Shown: in pieces, positions 41,552-53,162 of the stretch
Layout: each line of letters starts with the position of its first letter
How positions within the stretch are numbered: the first letter of the stretch is position 1
Assembly (NCBI GenBank): GCA_963789955.1
Contig: CAWBMV010000001.1
Location: forward strand, 1 to 64,000
Direction: 5' to 3'
Source of the DNA: an uncultured Candidatus Rokubacteria bacterium
GTDB lineage: Bacteria > Methylomirabilota > Methylomirabilia > Rokubacteriales > CSP1-6
Length of the DNA stretch: 64,000 nt
Position numbers and translations under genes: made by a program
The notes under the pieces: model-generated
Databases searched by the model: none
What the model saw: the letters and a program-made list of their open reading frames with translations, nothing else
What the model was told of the DNA's origin: nothing

Positions 41552-43091
41552 ATGGACGTCAGGCGCGTGTTCGCGAAGCTGACGTTGACGCAGCTCCTCG
41601 GCAACCTCATCGGCGGGCTGCTGACCTGGTTCTATTTCCGGTTCGTCGACTTCACGGCGCCGCAGTTCCAGGCGCGGATCTCCCGAAGCGAGATCGTGTT
41701 CTTCGTGGTCGCCTTCGGCATCCTGATCTCGGCCGGCATCATGTTCGGCTCGCACTGGTCGCGCCCCTTGAGCGGCCCCGTCCCGGCGTCGGGTCCCGAC
41801 GCGGAGCTCGTGCGGCGCCGCGCGATCATGGTGCCGTACGTGTTCGCCGCGCTCTCGTTCGCCGGCTGGATCGGGGCCGGCCTCAGCTGGGGCGTGCTCT
41901 ATCCCGTCATCTGGGGCTTCTTCACACCGGCGAACTCGCTCCGGTCGATCTTCGGCATCACGTGCGTCGCGGGCACGGTGACCGCCGCGCTCGTCTTCTT
42001 CGCGGTCGAGCACCAGTGGCGAACCGTGCTGCCGGCGTTCTTTCCCGGCGGCGATCTGAGCGAGGTGTCCGGAGTGCTCCGCCTGCGAGTCCGGACCCGA
42101 CTGCTCGTGATCTTCGTCATGCTGAGCGTCATCCCGCTCTCGCTCCTCGGCGTCCTCGCCTACACGCGCGCCGCCGCGCTGCCGGGGGTGGATCCGGCGG
42201 CGGCGCCGCAGATCGTCGAGAACATGCTGGCCTTCATCGTCTTCATCGTGGCCGTCGGGACGCTTGGCGGCGATCGGGCTCTCGCTCTACGTCGCCGGGA
42301 GCGTCGCCGGCCCGCTCGGTCAGCTCCGGACCGCCATGCGCGACGTCGAGCAGGGCGACCTCGACACGCGTTGCCCCGTCGTGACCAACGACGAGATCGG
42401 CGCGGTGACCGAGGGCTTCAATCGCATGGTCGGCGGCCTCCGCGAGCGCGAGTTCCTGAAGGAGACGTTCGGGAAATACGTGAGCCGCGAGATCCGCGAC
42501 GAGATCCTGGCCGGCCGCGTCTCGCTCGAGGGGCAGGCGCAGGAGGTGACCATTCTGTTCGCGGATCTGCGCGACTTCACGCCGTGGGTGGAAGCGACGA
42601 GCCCGCGCGAGGTCGTTCGCGATCTGAACGCGTACTTCACCGAGATGGACCAGGCCATCCGGGCGCACCGAGGGCTCGTGCTGCAGTTCATCGGCGATGA
42701 GATCGAGGCGGCGTTCGGCGCGCCGGTTTCGGACCCCGCGCACGCCGAGATGGCCGTGGCCGCCGCGCTCGAGATGCGCCGGCGCCTCGCCGCGTGGAAC
42801 GCCGAGCGCGTCCGGGCCGGCAAGGTGGAGCTCCGCCACGGCATCGGGATCCACACGGGCTCGGTGCTCGCCGGCAACATCGGCAGCACCGAGCGGCACT
42901 CGTACGCGCTCGTCGGTGACCCGGTGAATCTCGCGTCGCGAATTCAGAGCCTCAACAAGGAATTCGGCTCCGACATTCTCGTCAGCGGGGAGACGCGCCG
43001 TCGCCTGAACGGCCGGTTCGAGCTCGTGCAGCTCCCGGCGGTGCGGGTGAAGGGCAAGTCCGTCGAGGTCGAGGTGTACCGATTGGCGTGA
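41552..43091 (+). CDS. membrane-bound HAMP-domain class III adenylate/guanylate cyclase (frameshift near 42263)
   Basis: TM region, HAMP (DEIG..FN.M), LFADLRDFT, FIGDE, GIGIHTG and GD.VNLASR motifs. Confidence 0.9.
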
Positions 43092-43483
43092 CGAAGCGGG
43101 TCCTCATCGTCGACGACGAGCCGGTCTTGATCGACTTGCTGAAGGAGATCTTCGCCCGCTTCCAGCACGGGCACGCGTACGAGATCACCCCGGCCTATTC
43201 CGTCGTCGAGGCGTACGACCTCCTGGTCCGGGAGCGGTTCGATCTGATCCTGCTGGACATGGTGGTGCCGGCGCTGGGCGATCCCTGGCCCTGGATCCAG
43301 GGCCTCGACTTGCTCAAGCGCATCCGGCACCTCGGCGTGAAGGCGCCGATCTTCATGATGACCGGCGTCTGGAATACCGAGAAGGAAGCGGAGGCGATGA
43401 TCGAAGGCGCGGCCGGCTATCTGCACAAGCCGTTCGACGTCCGGGAGCTGAACCGGCTCGTCACGGCCGCTCTCGGGGGCTAG
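43088..43483 (+). CDS. single-domain response regulator (REC)
   Basis: VLIVDDE, LLD and KPF motifs; GTGA overlap with the cyclase. Confidence 0.85.
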   Translation: MTKRVLIVDDEPVLIDLLKEIFARFQHGHAYEITPAYSVVEAYDLLVRERFDLILLDMVVPALGDPWPWIQGLDLLKRIRHLGVKAPIFMMTGVWNTEKEAEAMIEGAAGYLHKPFDVRELNRLVTAALGG

Positions 43484-44181
43484 CGCTGGAGCCGAGCGAC
43501 CAGGGCGTCGAGCCGATCCGAGTCGTGAGCCATGAGGTCGAGGAACCAGAGCGCGGCGCTGTCGGCCTCGACGCGGACGACGAGGGCGAGCACGTCGATG
43601 GGCACGCCGCCGTCGGGCGGCGTGAACTCGAGCTTCGCGGCCTGGCCCGCGCGCAGCCGCCGGCTCACGCGGACCTTCATGCCGGTCGACGAGATCTCGA
43701 TGCACGTGCCGTCCAGGGTGCCGTTCGAGGCGGCGATCCGGACGCCGAACTTGACCGCGGCCCGCGCCGCCGGCCGCCGCTCGGGCGGGCGCTCGGTCCG
43801 CTGCTGCCGGGAGAGCGCGAACGGCCCGAGGTAGGCGAGGACCTGTCCCAGCCGCTCGAGCGTGACGGGCTTGCGGATGAAGTCGAGGGCGCCGAGCTTC
43901 AGACAGGCGCGCGCCTCCATCTCGGTGGCGACGCCCGAGACGACCACGATCGGCACCTCGGAGTCGCGCACCACCGGGAGGCTCAAGAACTCGACGCCGC
44001 TCATGCCCGGCAGGCGGACGTCCAGGAGGATCGTGTCCGGCCGCGCGCTGGTGAGCGCCTCGAGCGCGGCTTCGGCGCTGCCCACGACGATCGGCTGATA
44101 GCCGAGCTCGGCGATGAAGTCGCGGAAGATCTCGGCCAGCCGCTCGTCGTCTTCCACGACGAGGATCCGCATGGCGCTCAT
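43480..44181 (-). CDS. response regulator with C-terminal PilZ domain
   Basis: REC motifs (VVEDD, LLDVRLP, KP) plus PilZ ERRPAAR and EISSTG motifs. Confidence 0.85.
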   Translation of the reverse strand: MSAMRILVVEDDERLAEIFRDFIAELGYQPIVVGSAEAALEALTSARPDTILLDVRLPGMSGVEFLSLPVVRDSEVPIVVVSGVATEMEARACLKLGALDFIRKPVTLERLGQVLAYLGPFALSRQQRTERPPERRPAARAAVKFGVRIAASNGTLDGTCIEISSTGMKVRVSRRLRAGQAAKLEFTPPDGGVPIDVLALVVRVEADSAALWFLDLMAHDSDRLDALVARLQR

Positions 44182-45229
44182 GGCGCGCCCACGCCCCAGA
44201 AGACCGGCTCGGGCGTCAGCCGCACACCGAAGCGGTCGACGACGGCCGTCTGGATGCGGCGGGCAAACGCGACCACGTCGCACGCCCGCGCGCCGTCGTG
44301 GGCGACGATCGCGAGCGCGTGCCGACTCGAGAGACCGACCGGTCCGTCGGCGCGGCCCCGCGTGTAGCCGGCGCGCTCGATCAGCCACGCGGCCGAGAGC
44401 TTCACCTGACCGCCGGGCAGGGGCCAGCGCGGCATCGCCCGGTCGCCGGCGCGCGATTCGACCGCGGCGAGCTCGGCGTCGGGAATGATCGGATTGGTGA
44501 AGAAGGAGCCGCAGCTCCGGCGGTTCGAATCTTTCGAATCGAGCACCATCGACTTGGACCGGCGGATGGCGATCACGCTGGCGCGCACGTCCTCGAGGGA
44601 CGGCTTGTCGATCTCACGCGCGGCCAGATCTTTCTCGACGTCCGCGTATCGGACCGTCGGCGACCCACCCGGGCGCAGCCGGTAGGCCACCGAGAGGATG
44701 ACGTATCGCCCGGGCTCATGGCTCCGGAACAGGCTGTCGCGGTAGCTGAAGCGGCACTCGCGATTCTCGAAGGTCATGATGCGCCGACTGGTCGTGTCCA
44801 GCGCGCGCACGAGCGTGACCGTCTCGCTCACGTCCTGGCCGTAGGCGCCGACGTTTTGCATCGGTGTCGCGCCGACCAGCCCGGGATTCCGCTCAGGCAC
44901 TCGAAGCCCGCCCAGCCGCGCGCGACGCTCAGCTGCACCAGCGCGTCCCACGGCTCGCCGGCCGCCGCCGTCAGCTCCACCACCCCGTGCGCCTCGCGCG
45001 CATCGACGCCGCGCAGCGCGATCTTCATCACGAGACCGTCGACCCCCTCGTCGGAGATGACCAGGTTCGAGCCGCCGCCGAGGACCCGGATCGGCAGGCG
45101 CCGGGCACGGGCCCAGTCGAGGGCCTCGAGCACCGCCGCCTCGTCGTGCGCCTCGACGAAGAACCGGGCCGGACCGCCCACGCCCAGGGTGCAGTGCGCG
45201 GCCAGGCGGACGTTCTCGAGCGGGGTCAT
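44178..45229 (-). CDS. murB: UDP-N-acetylenolpyruvoylglucosamine reductase MurB (frameshift near 44885)
   Basis: GGGSNL, IPG.VGATPMQNVGAYG, FSYRDS, SCGSFFTNP, KLSAAWLIE and LTPEP motifs. Confidence 0.93.
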
Positions 45230-45262
45230 ACCCTTGAGAATATCGCGTCAGGTCGCGATCCC

Positions 45263-46105
45263 TCACATGCTGCGCTCCATCCGGGGATCGAGCTGATCGC
45301 GCAGCCAGTCCCCGACCAGATTGATCCCGAGGACCAGGAGCAGGATGGCCAGGCCCGGGAAGAGTGCCAGCCACCAGCCGGTCGTGATGTAGTTTCGGCC
45401 TTCGTCGAGCATCGCGCCCCAGCTGGGCGCCGGCGGCGGGATACCGAGGCCGAGAAAGCTCAGCGAGGCTTCGGCGATGATCGTCCGCGCCACCGAGAAG
45501 GTCGCGACGACGGTGACCGGCGGCAGCACGTTGGGCAGAATGTGCCGCCAGATGAGATAGCCATCGGTGGCGCCGAGCGCGCGCGCGGCCTCGACGAACT
45601 CGCGCTGCCGCAGCGAGAGCGTCTCGCCGCGCACGATTCGCGCGTAGGTGATCCAGCCCGTCACGCCGAGCACGAGGATGACGTTCGCGAGGCTCGCGCC
45701 CAGCACGGCCAGCACCGCGACCGCCAGGACGAGCACCGGAAACGCGAGCTGCACGTCACCCAGCCGCATCAGCGCGTCGTCGGTGAAGCCCCGGTAGTAG
45801 CCCGACACGAGCCCGAGGGCGACGCCCAGCGCGCCGGCGACCACGACGGCCGCGAGCCCGACGATCAAGGAGACGCGCGCGCCGTAGAGCAGCCGGCTCG
45901 CGACGTCGCGTCCGAGCGTGTCGGTGCCCAGCGGATGCTTCGCGGTGCCGCCGGCGTTCCACATCGGCGGCGTGAGGCGATCGACGAGGCTGTTCTTGAC
46001 CGGATCGCCGGGCGCCAGCGCGGGCGCGAGGACGGCCATCAGGATCGTGGCGGCGATGACGATCAGTCCGAGGATCGCGCTGTGGTCGCGCGCAAGGCCG
46101 GTCAC
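45263..46105 (-). CDS. peptide ABC permease (DppC-like)
   Basis: HPLGTD.LGRD, EFVEAARALGA and EASLSFLGLG motifs. Confidence 0.92.
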   Translation of the reverse strand: MTGLARDHSAILGLIVIAATILMAVLAPALAPGDPVKNSLVDRLTPPMWNAGGTAKHPLGTDTLGRDVASRLLYGARVSLIVGLAAVVVAGALGVALGLVSGYYRGFTDDALMRLGDVQLAFPVLVLAVAVLAVLGASLANVILVLGVTGWITYARIVRGETLSLRQREFVEAARALGATDGYLIWRHILPNVLPPVTVVATFSVARTIIAEASLSFLGLGIPPPAPSWGAMLDEGRNYITTGWWLALFPGLAILLLVLGINLVGDWLRDQLDPRMERSM

Positions 46106-47026
46106 GTGAGACGCACGCGCGGGTCGACCACCGTGTAGAGCAGGTCCACGATCAGGTTCAGGCCGACGAAGATCAGCGCGAACACGAAGACGCCGGCCTG
46201 GATCACCGGGAAGTCGCGGCCCGGGACGGCCTGCACGATCAGGCGGCCCATGCCGGGCCACGAGAACACGGTCTCGATGATCACGGCGCCGCTCAGCATG
46301 AATCCGAGCGACAGGCCCGTCACCGTGATGACCGGGATCGCGGCGTTGCGGAGCGCGTGGCGGTAGATCACGAAGCGCTCGGCCAGACCCTTGGCGCGCG
46401 CGGTGCGCACGTAGTCCTGCTGGAGCACCTCCAGCATGCCGCTCCGGATCAGCCGCACGTTCTGCGCGAGCGGCGCGGCGGCCAGGGTGACCGCCGGGAA
46501 GGATCAGGTGACGCACGCTCCCCGAGCCGAACGCGGGCAGGAGCCCGCCGAGCTCGACGGCGAACAACAAGATCAGCATGAGGCCGAGCCAGAAGCTCGG
46601 CATCGATTGCAGGAAGAGCGACGCGAGGCGGCTGGCGTGATCGACCGCGCCGTTCTTGTGGGTGGCCGAGGCGACGCCGAGGGGAATCGCGAGCACGGTC
46701 GAGAGGAAGAGCGCGGCCGCCGCCAGCTCGACGGTCGCGGGCCAGAGGTGCTCGAGCACCATCTGCATCGCCGGGCGCTTCTCGCGGATCGAGGCCCCGA
46801 AATCGCCGTGCGGGACGGCCCGCAGGAAGTCGAGATACTGGACGTAGAGCGGGCGGTCCAGCCCGAGGCTCTTGCGGGCCTCGGCGATCTCCTGCTGCGT
46901 CGCGGTCTGATCTACCAGGAACGGGGTCGGGTCACCGGTGAGACGGACCAGGAAGAAGACCGCGGTGACCACGCCCCACAGCACGAAGACCGCGTGAAGC
47001 GCGCGACGGAGCAGGAAGGCGCGCAT
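46102..47026 (-). CDS. peptide ABC permease (DppB-like; frameshift near 46500)
   Basis: GDP, GDFG.S, DYVRTARAKGL and ETVFSWPG motifs. Confidence 0.9.
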
Positions 47027-47036
47027 CGGCCCCGGA

Positions 47037-48641
47037 TCATTTCTTCACGGCGACGCCGCGGAAGTCCATGTTGAGCTCGGGCAGCGGCGTGAACCGCAGC
47101 ACGCGCGCGCTGAGCGCATAGACCTTGACCTCCTGGTAGAGCGCTACCACCGGCGCCCAGTCGCGTACCTGCCGCTGGAGATCGGCGAGGAGCTTGAGGC
47201 GTTTCTGCGCGTCGACCTCGCGGCGCGTGGCGGCGTAGAGCGCCATCAGCTCCGGCGGGTACGGCGCCCAGTTGATCATCGCGATGGAGGACCAGTCGCG
47301 CAGATAGTCGTCGGCGTCGAGGTTGTTGCCGGTCCGGCAGGCGGCGAACCCGCCGTTGGGCGGCAAGGTGCCCTTGGTCGCGGTCTGGAGCAACGTGGCG
47401 AAGTCGACGGGCTTGATGGTCACCTGCACGCCGACGTCCTTCAGCATCTCGGCCACGGCCGGCGTCATCTCGTCGAAGCTCTGGCCGTAGTGCTTGGCCG
47501 GGAACAGGAGCTGGAGGGTCAGCGGATTCGTGTCGCGAAAGCCGGCCTCGGCGAGGAGCGCCCGGGCGCGCGCCGGATCGTACGGGTAGGGCTCCTGCGC
47601 GGCGTAGCCGTACGAGACCGACGCCACGGGCGAGGCGTTGGCCAGCGCGTAGCCGTTGAAGATCTTCTTGACGATCGCGTCCTTGTTGACCGCCAGGTTC
47701 AGCGCGAGCCGCACGCGCTGATCGGCGAAGAGCCCGTCCTTGCCGTCCGAGTCGTACTTGTCCTTCGGGCGGGCGTTGATGTAGAGCCGGCACGAGAGCT
47801 TCTGCGGGCTCGACACGACCTTGAGCTTCGAGTCCTGCGCGAGGGCCGGGGCGTCGAAGGGCGGCACGCCTTCGATCAGCGCGACTTGACCGGCCCGCAG
47901 GGCGGCGATGCGGGCGGCGCCCTCGGGAATCGTCTGGAAGCGCATCTTCCGGAACAGCGGCGCGGTGCCCCAGTAGGCCTCGTTGCGCTCGAACAGCATC
48001 GACGTCTTGCGCTTCCACTCGACCATCTTCCACGGACCGGTGCCGACCGGACGCTCGTTGAGCCCGTCCACGCCGTTCTTGATCGTGTAGGCCTTCGGTA
48101 CCATGGGCTCACGGCCGATGAAATCCCAGAGCGTCGGCGCCGGCTCGCTGGTGTGGATCCGCACGGTGTAGTCGTTGACTTTCTCCCAGCGCGTGACGAA
48201 CGGGTACGTCTTCTCGAACGACGTGGCGGCGAGGACGTCCTTCAGTCCCCATTTGTCGAAGTTCCGCCGGAAGAACCGATCCAGATTGAACAGCACGGTG
48301 TCGGCGTTGAACGGCTCGCCGTCGTGGAACGTCACGCCGCGCCGGAGCACGAATTCCCAGGTGAGATCGTTCACGGGCTTCCACGAGAGCGCCAGGCCCG
48401 GCACGGGACGGCCCTGCGCGTCGACGTCGACCAGTCCCTCGAACACCTGACGGATGTAGTTGGAGCGAATCGAGCCCATGCCGATGCGAGGATCCATGTT
48501 GGTGGTGTCGTCGGCGAGCGCGACGACCAGCTCGGCATCCGGGTCGATCGCGACGCCGTCCACCGTGCGCGGCTGCGCGGCGACCGCCTGCGGTCCGAGC
48601 AGCGCCAGCGCGACGAGCAACGGCCCTGTCCAGCGAATCAT
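47037..48641 (-). CDS. peptide/nickel ABC transporter substrate-binding protein (family 5)
   Basis: Signal peptide; LRRGVTFHDGEPF and PVGTGPW motifs. Confidence 0.9.
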   Translation of the reverse strand: MIRWTGPLLVALALLGPQAVAAQPRTVDGVAIDPDAELVVALADDTTNMDPRIGMGSIRSNYIRQVFEGLVDVDAQGRPVPGLALSWKPVNDLTWEFVLRRGVTFHDGEPFNADTVLFNLDRFFRRNFDKWGLKDVLAATSFEKTYPFVTRWEKVNDYTVRIHTSEPAPTLWDFIGREPMVPKAYTIKNGVDGLNERPVGTGPWKMVEWKRKTSMLFERNEAYWGTAPLFRKMRFQTIPEGAARIAALRAGQVALIEGVPPFDAPALAQDSKLKVVSSPQKLSCRLYINARPKDKYDSDGKDGLFADQRVRLALNLAVNKDAIVKKIFNGYALANASPVASVSYGYAAQEPYPYDPARARALLAEAGFRDTNPLTLQLLFPAKHYGQSFDEMTPAVAEMLKDVGVQVTIKPVDFATLLQTATKGTLPPNGGFAACRTGNNLDADDYLRDWSSIAMINWAPYPPELMALYAATRREVDAQKRLKLLADLQRQVRDWAPVVALYQEVKVYALSARVLRFTPLPELNMDFRGVAVKK

Positions 48642-48697
48642 CTCTTCGGCTCCTCTCGTGGGATGGCCCCCAACTAGATATCAGCGCTCTGGTCTTG

Positions 48698-49866
48698 TCA
48701 ACGCCGTGCGCGCTGATCGACGAGTCGGAACACCCCGAAGCCGACGATCGTCGACGCCATGACGAGCGCGGCGAAGACGATCGGCGCGGCGGGCTGCCGA
48801 AGACGTCGCGCACGGCGCCGGCCGCGAGCTGCACGACGGCCATCACGACGTAGTACGTCGTGTAGTACACGCCGAGCGTCGTGGCCAGCCGCTCGCTCGC
48901 CACGGCCTTCGGCAAGAGCGCCATCAAGGCGCCGGGCGGCGCGCCGATCGCGAGGCCGACCAGGCAGAAGGCGAGCATCGGGTGGGTGAGCGCGGGCAGC
49001 AGCAGGATGAAGAAGGCGGCGACCAGGCTCCCTGCGACGATCAGGAGATTGGGCCGACCGAGACGGTCGGTGAGAAGCCCGCCGATCGGCACCGAGACGA
49101 TGGTGAGCCAGATCGCGAGGCTCACGACGAAGCCGGCGTCGGACAGCGACACGCCGCGGGCGATCAGCAGGCCGGGGCCGAACGCGATGATGGCCACGAG
49201 GCTCGCGTTGAAGCAGCCCCAGGCGAAGCCGCCGCTGGTCGCGAGCCCGATCTCGCGGCCCGAGAGTCGCACCCGTCGCTCGGCGGCCTTCGCCGCGTGG
49301 TCCGCGGCGCGGGGGGCATCGCGGTAGACGAACGCGATCAGCACGAGCCCGAGCGCCGCGACGAGCGCCGTCGCCACGATCGCCACCCGCCACGACGCAT
49401 GGGTGGCGAGCGCGCCGAGCGTGGCGGTCGCGATCCCGAGGCCGACCGGCCAGCTGGTCAGCATGATGCCCATCGCCGTCGACAGCTCGCGACCCGTGAA
49501 CCAGTCGGCGACCATCTTGGCGAGCAGGATGTTCATGAGCACGGCGCCGGCGCCGCTCACGAGCCGGCCCGCGGCCGCGACGACGAAGCCGTGGGCGGCG
49601 GCGGTGACGAAGCCGCCGGCGACCATCAGCGCGAGGCTCGCCACGACGATGCGCCGGTCGCCGAAGCGCTGGCCGAGCACGCCCCCGGGCAGTGCGAACA
49701 CGGCGCCGGGCAGCATGTAGAGGCCGATCAGCGAGCCGAGCTGCACCCAGGTGAGCTGGAGCTCCGCGACCATCAGCGGCGCCACGGCCGCGACGGCCTG
49801 GAATTGAAAGCCCATCGACGTGCGGGTGACGAACACGATGACCAGCGCCACCCAGCGATTCGCCAT
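48698..49866 (-). CDS. MFS transporter (frameshift near 48790)
   Basis: About 12 hydrophobic segments; G.LGQRFG.R and GLLTDRLGR motif A. Confidence 0.88.
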
Positions 49867-49967
49867 GTGGCCGGGATCATAAACGGAGGCGGACCGCCCG
49901 GGCTTGATCAATTGCGGCCGCCGACATAGAGTCCGGCCCAGAGATGATCGCGCATGAGGGGGAAAAG

Positions 49968-51628
49968 ATGGCTGCACCCGTAGCCCCGACCGATATCAGC
50001 CGCCGAGATCTGCTCAAGCTCGGCGGCGCCGCCGTCGCCGCCGGCACCGTGCTCCCGCTCCTCGGTCGCGAGGCCGCCGACGCCCAGACACCGAAGCGGG
50101 GCGGAGTGTTCCGGATCCGCGGCGAGGACGCCACCACCGGGTTCGATCCGCACCTGTTCTCGAACCATCACCGGATCTCGACGAATCTGTCGTTCACCCA
50201 CAGCCGTCTGGTGAAGGTGAAGGCGGGCCCGTCCATCGTGCCGGGCACCCTGCCGGTCGAGCCCGACCTGGCCGAGTCGTGGACGCAGCCCAACGACCGG
50301 ACCTACGTCTTCAAGCTCAGAAAAGGCGTGCGCTGGCACAACAAGCCGCCGGTGAACGGCCGCGAGCTGACCGCGGAAGACGTCAAGTACACCTACGAGC
50401 GTTTCCTGTCGATCAAGGGCAATCCGAACCGCTCGACCCTGGGCGCCGTCGAGAAGATCGACACGCCCGACAAGTACACGGTTCGCTTCATGCTCAACGA
50501 GCCGTTCGGCTGGTTCCTCGACTATCTGGCGAACACCGTGATGTGGATCGTGCCGCGGGAGGCGGTGGAGCAGTACGGTGATCTCAAGCGGGCCGAGGCG
50601 TGCATCGGGACCGGGCCCTGGATGCTCGAGCGCTACGAGCCGAACGTCCGGCTCACCTTCGTCCGGAATCCGAACTACTTTCTGCCTGGGCTCCCGTACG
50701 CGGACGGCATCGAGGTCACCGTCGACGAGGATCCATCGTCGCGGCTCGCCGCCTGGATCGCCGGCAAGTACGACTTCGCCCCCGAGTACGGACAGTGCGT
50801 TCGGCGGCTCGACCTCGACGTGGCCAAGGGCCGCAAACCCAATCTCAAGACTCAGGATTTCACCGTGCTCTTCAGCGGCATCACGATGATGAAGCTCGAT
50901 CGCGAGCCGTTCAAGGACGTCCGGGTGCGCCGCGCGCTGGCGCAGTCGATGAACTGGAAGGACGTGCTCGAGACGAATGCGTGGTCCCAGGGCCACGGCG
51001 TCCCCAATCCGGCGGTGCCCGCCGCGTTGAAGGAATGGTCGATTCCGATCAATCAACTCACCCCGGAGGGGCGTCGGCTCTACGAGCAAAACATTCCGGA
51101 GGCCAAGCGGCTGCTCGCGCAGGCGGGCTTTCCCGCCGGACTCAAGGTCCCGGTCGAGGCGACGCTCGGGTGGAGCCCGGACTACGTCGACCAACTTGCA
51201 GGTCGTCATGCGCAACTGGAAGGACGCCGGGATCGACACTGAGCTGCGCGGCAAGGAATTCGGCGCCTTCATGTCGAGCGTGATCTACGGGAAGTTCGAG
51301 AAGCTCGCCCACAGCCTGCGCGGCGGCAGCCCGATCGCGGACATCTACCCTCTACGGCGGCCACGTCCCGGGCGAGGCGTTGAACTCCTCGGGCGTCGAC
51401 GATCCCAAGCTGACCGAGATGATCAAGCTGCAGCGCCGTACGCTCGACGTCGCCAAGCGTCGCGAGATCGTCTTCGACATCCAGCGCTATCTGGCGGAGC
51501 AGGTGTACTACGCCTACGACCCGTCGACGACCACGGTGGCGGCCTGGGAGCCGTACGTGAAGAACTTCGCTCCGAACCTCGGCCACGACTACGGCGGCCG
51601 GCTCATGGCCGCGTGGCTCGACCGCTGA
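49968..51628 (+). CDS. family 5 ABC substrate-binding protein with Tat signal (frameshifts near 51198 and 51348)
   Basis: SRRDLLK; PDLAESW, LRKGVRWH and IGTGPW motifs; ends ..WLDR*. Confidence 0.88.
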
Positions 51629-51689
51629 GCGGTCCGCTTGACTCGCTCACGCCGATGCCGCACGATCGCGTGTACTGCCCCAGGAGGAC

Positions 51690-53162
51690 ATGATGGCGTA
51701 CTCGACTGACTCGAAGTCCGCTGCGGTGCGCGCTCAGCTCGACCACCCCGTGATCGACGGCGACGGCCACTGGCTCGAGCCGGTGCCGATCTTCTTCGAT
51801 TACCTCCGTGAGGTCGCCGGGCCGACGGTCGTCGAACGATTCCGGAAGATGGCGACCGCGCACATCGATCGCGGCTGGTACGACATGACGCCGGCCGAGC
51901 GCCTCGACCGCCGGCCGACGCGCCCGACGTGGTGGGGCGAGCCCGCGAACACGCTCGACCGCGCGACCGCGATGATCCCGAAGCTCTTCTACGAGCGGCT
52001 CGACGATTTCGGGATCGACTTCGCCATGCTCTACACCTCGCTCGGCCTCTTCCACATCGCCAATCCGGACGAGGAGCTGCGCCGGGCCATCGCGCGCGCC
52101 GTCAACAAGATGAACGCCGAGATGTTCAGGCCGTACGCCCATCGCATCGCGCCGGCAGCCGTCGTGCCGGTGCACACGCCGCAGGAGGCGATCGACGAGG
52201 CGACCTACGCCGTGCGCGAGCTCGGGCTGAAGGTCATCATGATCGCCAACCACGTGCGGCGTCCGGTGCCCGCGTTCGCCCGCCAGGCGTCCGACCCGAC
52301 GCAGGTGCGTCAGTTCGTCGACTCGCTCGCGTACGAGAGCGCCTACGATTACGACCCGCTCTGGGCCAAGTGCGTCGAGCTGAAGGTCGCCGTCACCGCG
52401 CACTCCGGCAGCATGGGGTGGATGGGCCGCGAGTCGGTCAACAGCTTCGTGTTCAACCACATCGGCCACTTCGCCACGGCGAGCCACGCGTTCGCCAAGG
52501 CGCTGATCCTGGGCGGCGTCGTGCACCGCTTCCCGACCTTGCGCTTCGCGATGCTCGAGGGCGGCGTGGGCTGGGCGTGTAACCTCATCACCGACCTCCT
52601 CGGACACTGGGACAAGCGCAACGGCCGCGCGATGGAAGCCCACACGCGTCCGACCAACCTCGACAAGCAAGGGCTCAAGGATCTCTTCACCCGCTTCGGC
52701 GGGCGCGTCTACGAAGACAAGATGGACGAGCTGATGAATTGCCTGAGCCTCGTGCCTCCGTTCAAGTCCGCTGAGGAGATGACCGAGCGCGAGTACCGGG
52801 AGCAGCTCGACGACTTCGCGGCAGCCCACGTCAATTCGGCCGACGAGCTGCGCCGTCAGTTCACCGACCATTTCTATTTCGGGTGCGAGGCCGACGATCC
52901 GACGACGGCATGGGCGTTCGACCGGCACGGCAATCACCGGCTGAACCCGATCTTCAGCTCCGACGTCGGCCACTTCGACGTGACCGACATGTCCGAGGTG
53001 CTCGAGGAGGCCCACGAGCTCGTCGAGCACGGTCTGATCACGATGGCCGACTTCCGCGAGTTCGTCTTCGGCAACGCCGCGCGCCTGCACACGGCGCTGA
53101 ATCCGGACTTCTTCAAGGGCACCGTGGTGGAAAGCGCGGTGGCGAAGGAGCTCGCGCGCTGA
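51690..53162 (+). CDS. amidohydrolase-2 family protein
   Basis: VIDGDGH, LEGGVGW and SSDVGHFD motifs; SD AGGAGG. Confidence 0.88.
   Translation: MMAYSTDSKSAAVRAQLDHPVIDGDGHWLEPVPIFFDYLREVAGPTVVERFRKMATAHIDRGWYDMTPAERLDRRPTRPTWWGEPANTLDRATAMIPKLFYERLDDFGIDFAMLYTSLGLFHIANPDEELRRAIARAVNKMNAEMFRPYAHRIAPAAVVPVHTPQEAIDEATYAVRELGLKVIMIANHVRRPVPAFARQASDPTQVRQFVDSLAYESAYDYDPLWAKCVELKVAVTAHSGSMGWMGRESVNSFVFNHIGHFATASHAFAKALILGGVVHRFPTLRFAMLEGGVGWACNLITDLLGHWDKRNGRAMEAHTRPTNLDKQGLKDLFTRFGGRVYEDKMDELMNCLSLVPPFKSAEEMTEREYREQLDDFAAAHVNSADELRRQFTDHFYFGCEADDPTTAWAFDRHGNHRLNPIFSSDVGHFDVTDMSEVLEEAHELVEHGLITMADFREFVFGNAARLHTALNPDFFKGTVVESAVAKELAR

Noticed and set aside
45263..47026. Fused double permease (587 aa)
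   Set aside because: An indel near 46500 creates the fusion; separate DppB and DppC genes with a GTGA overlap are recoverable.
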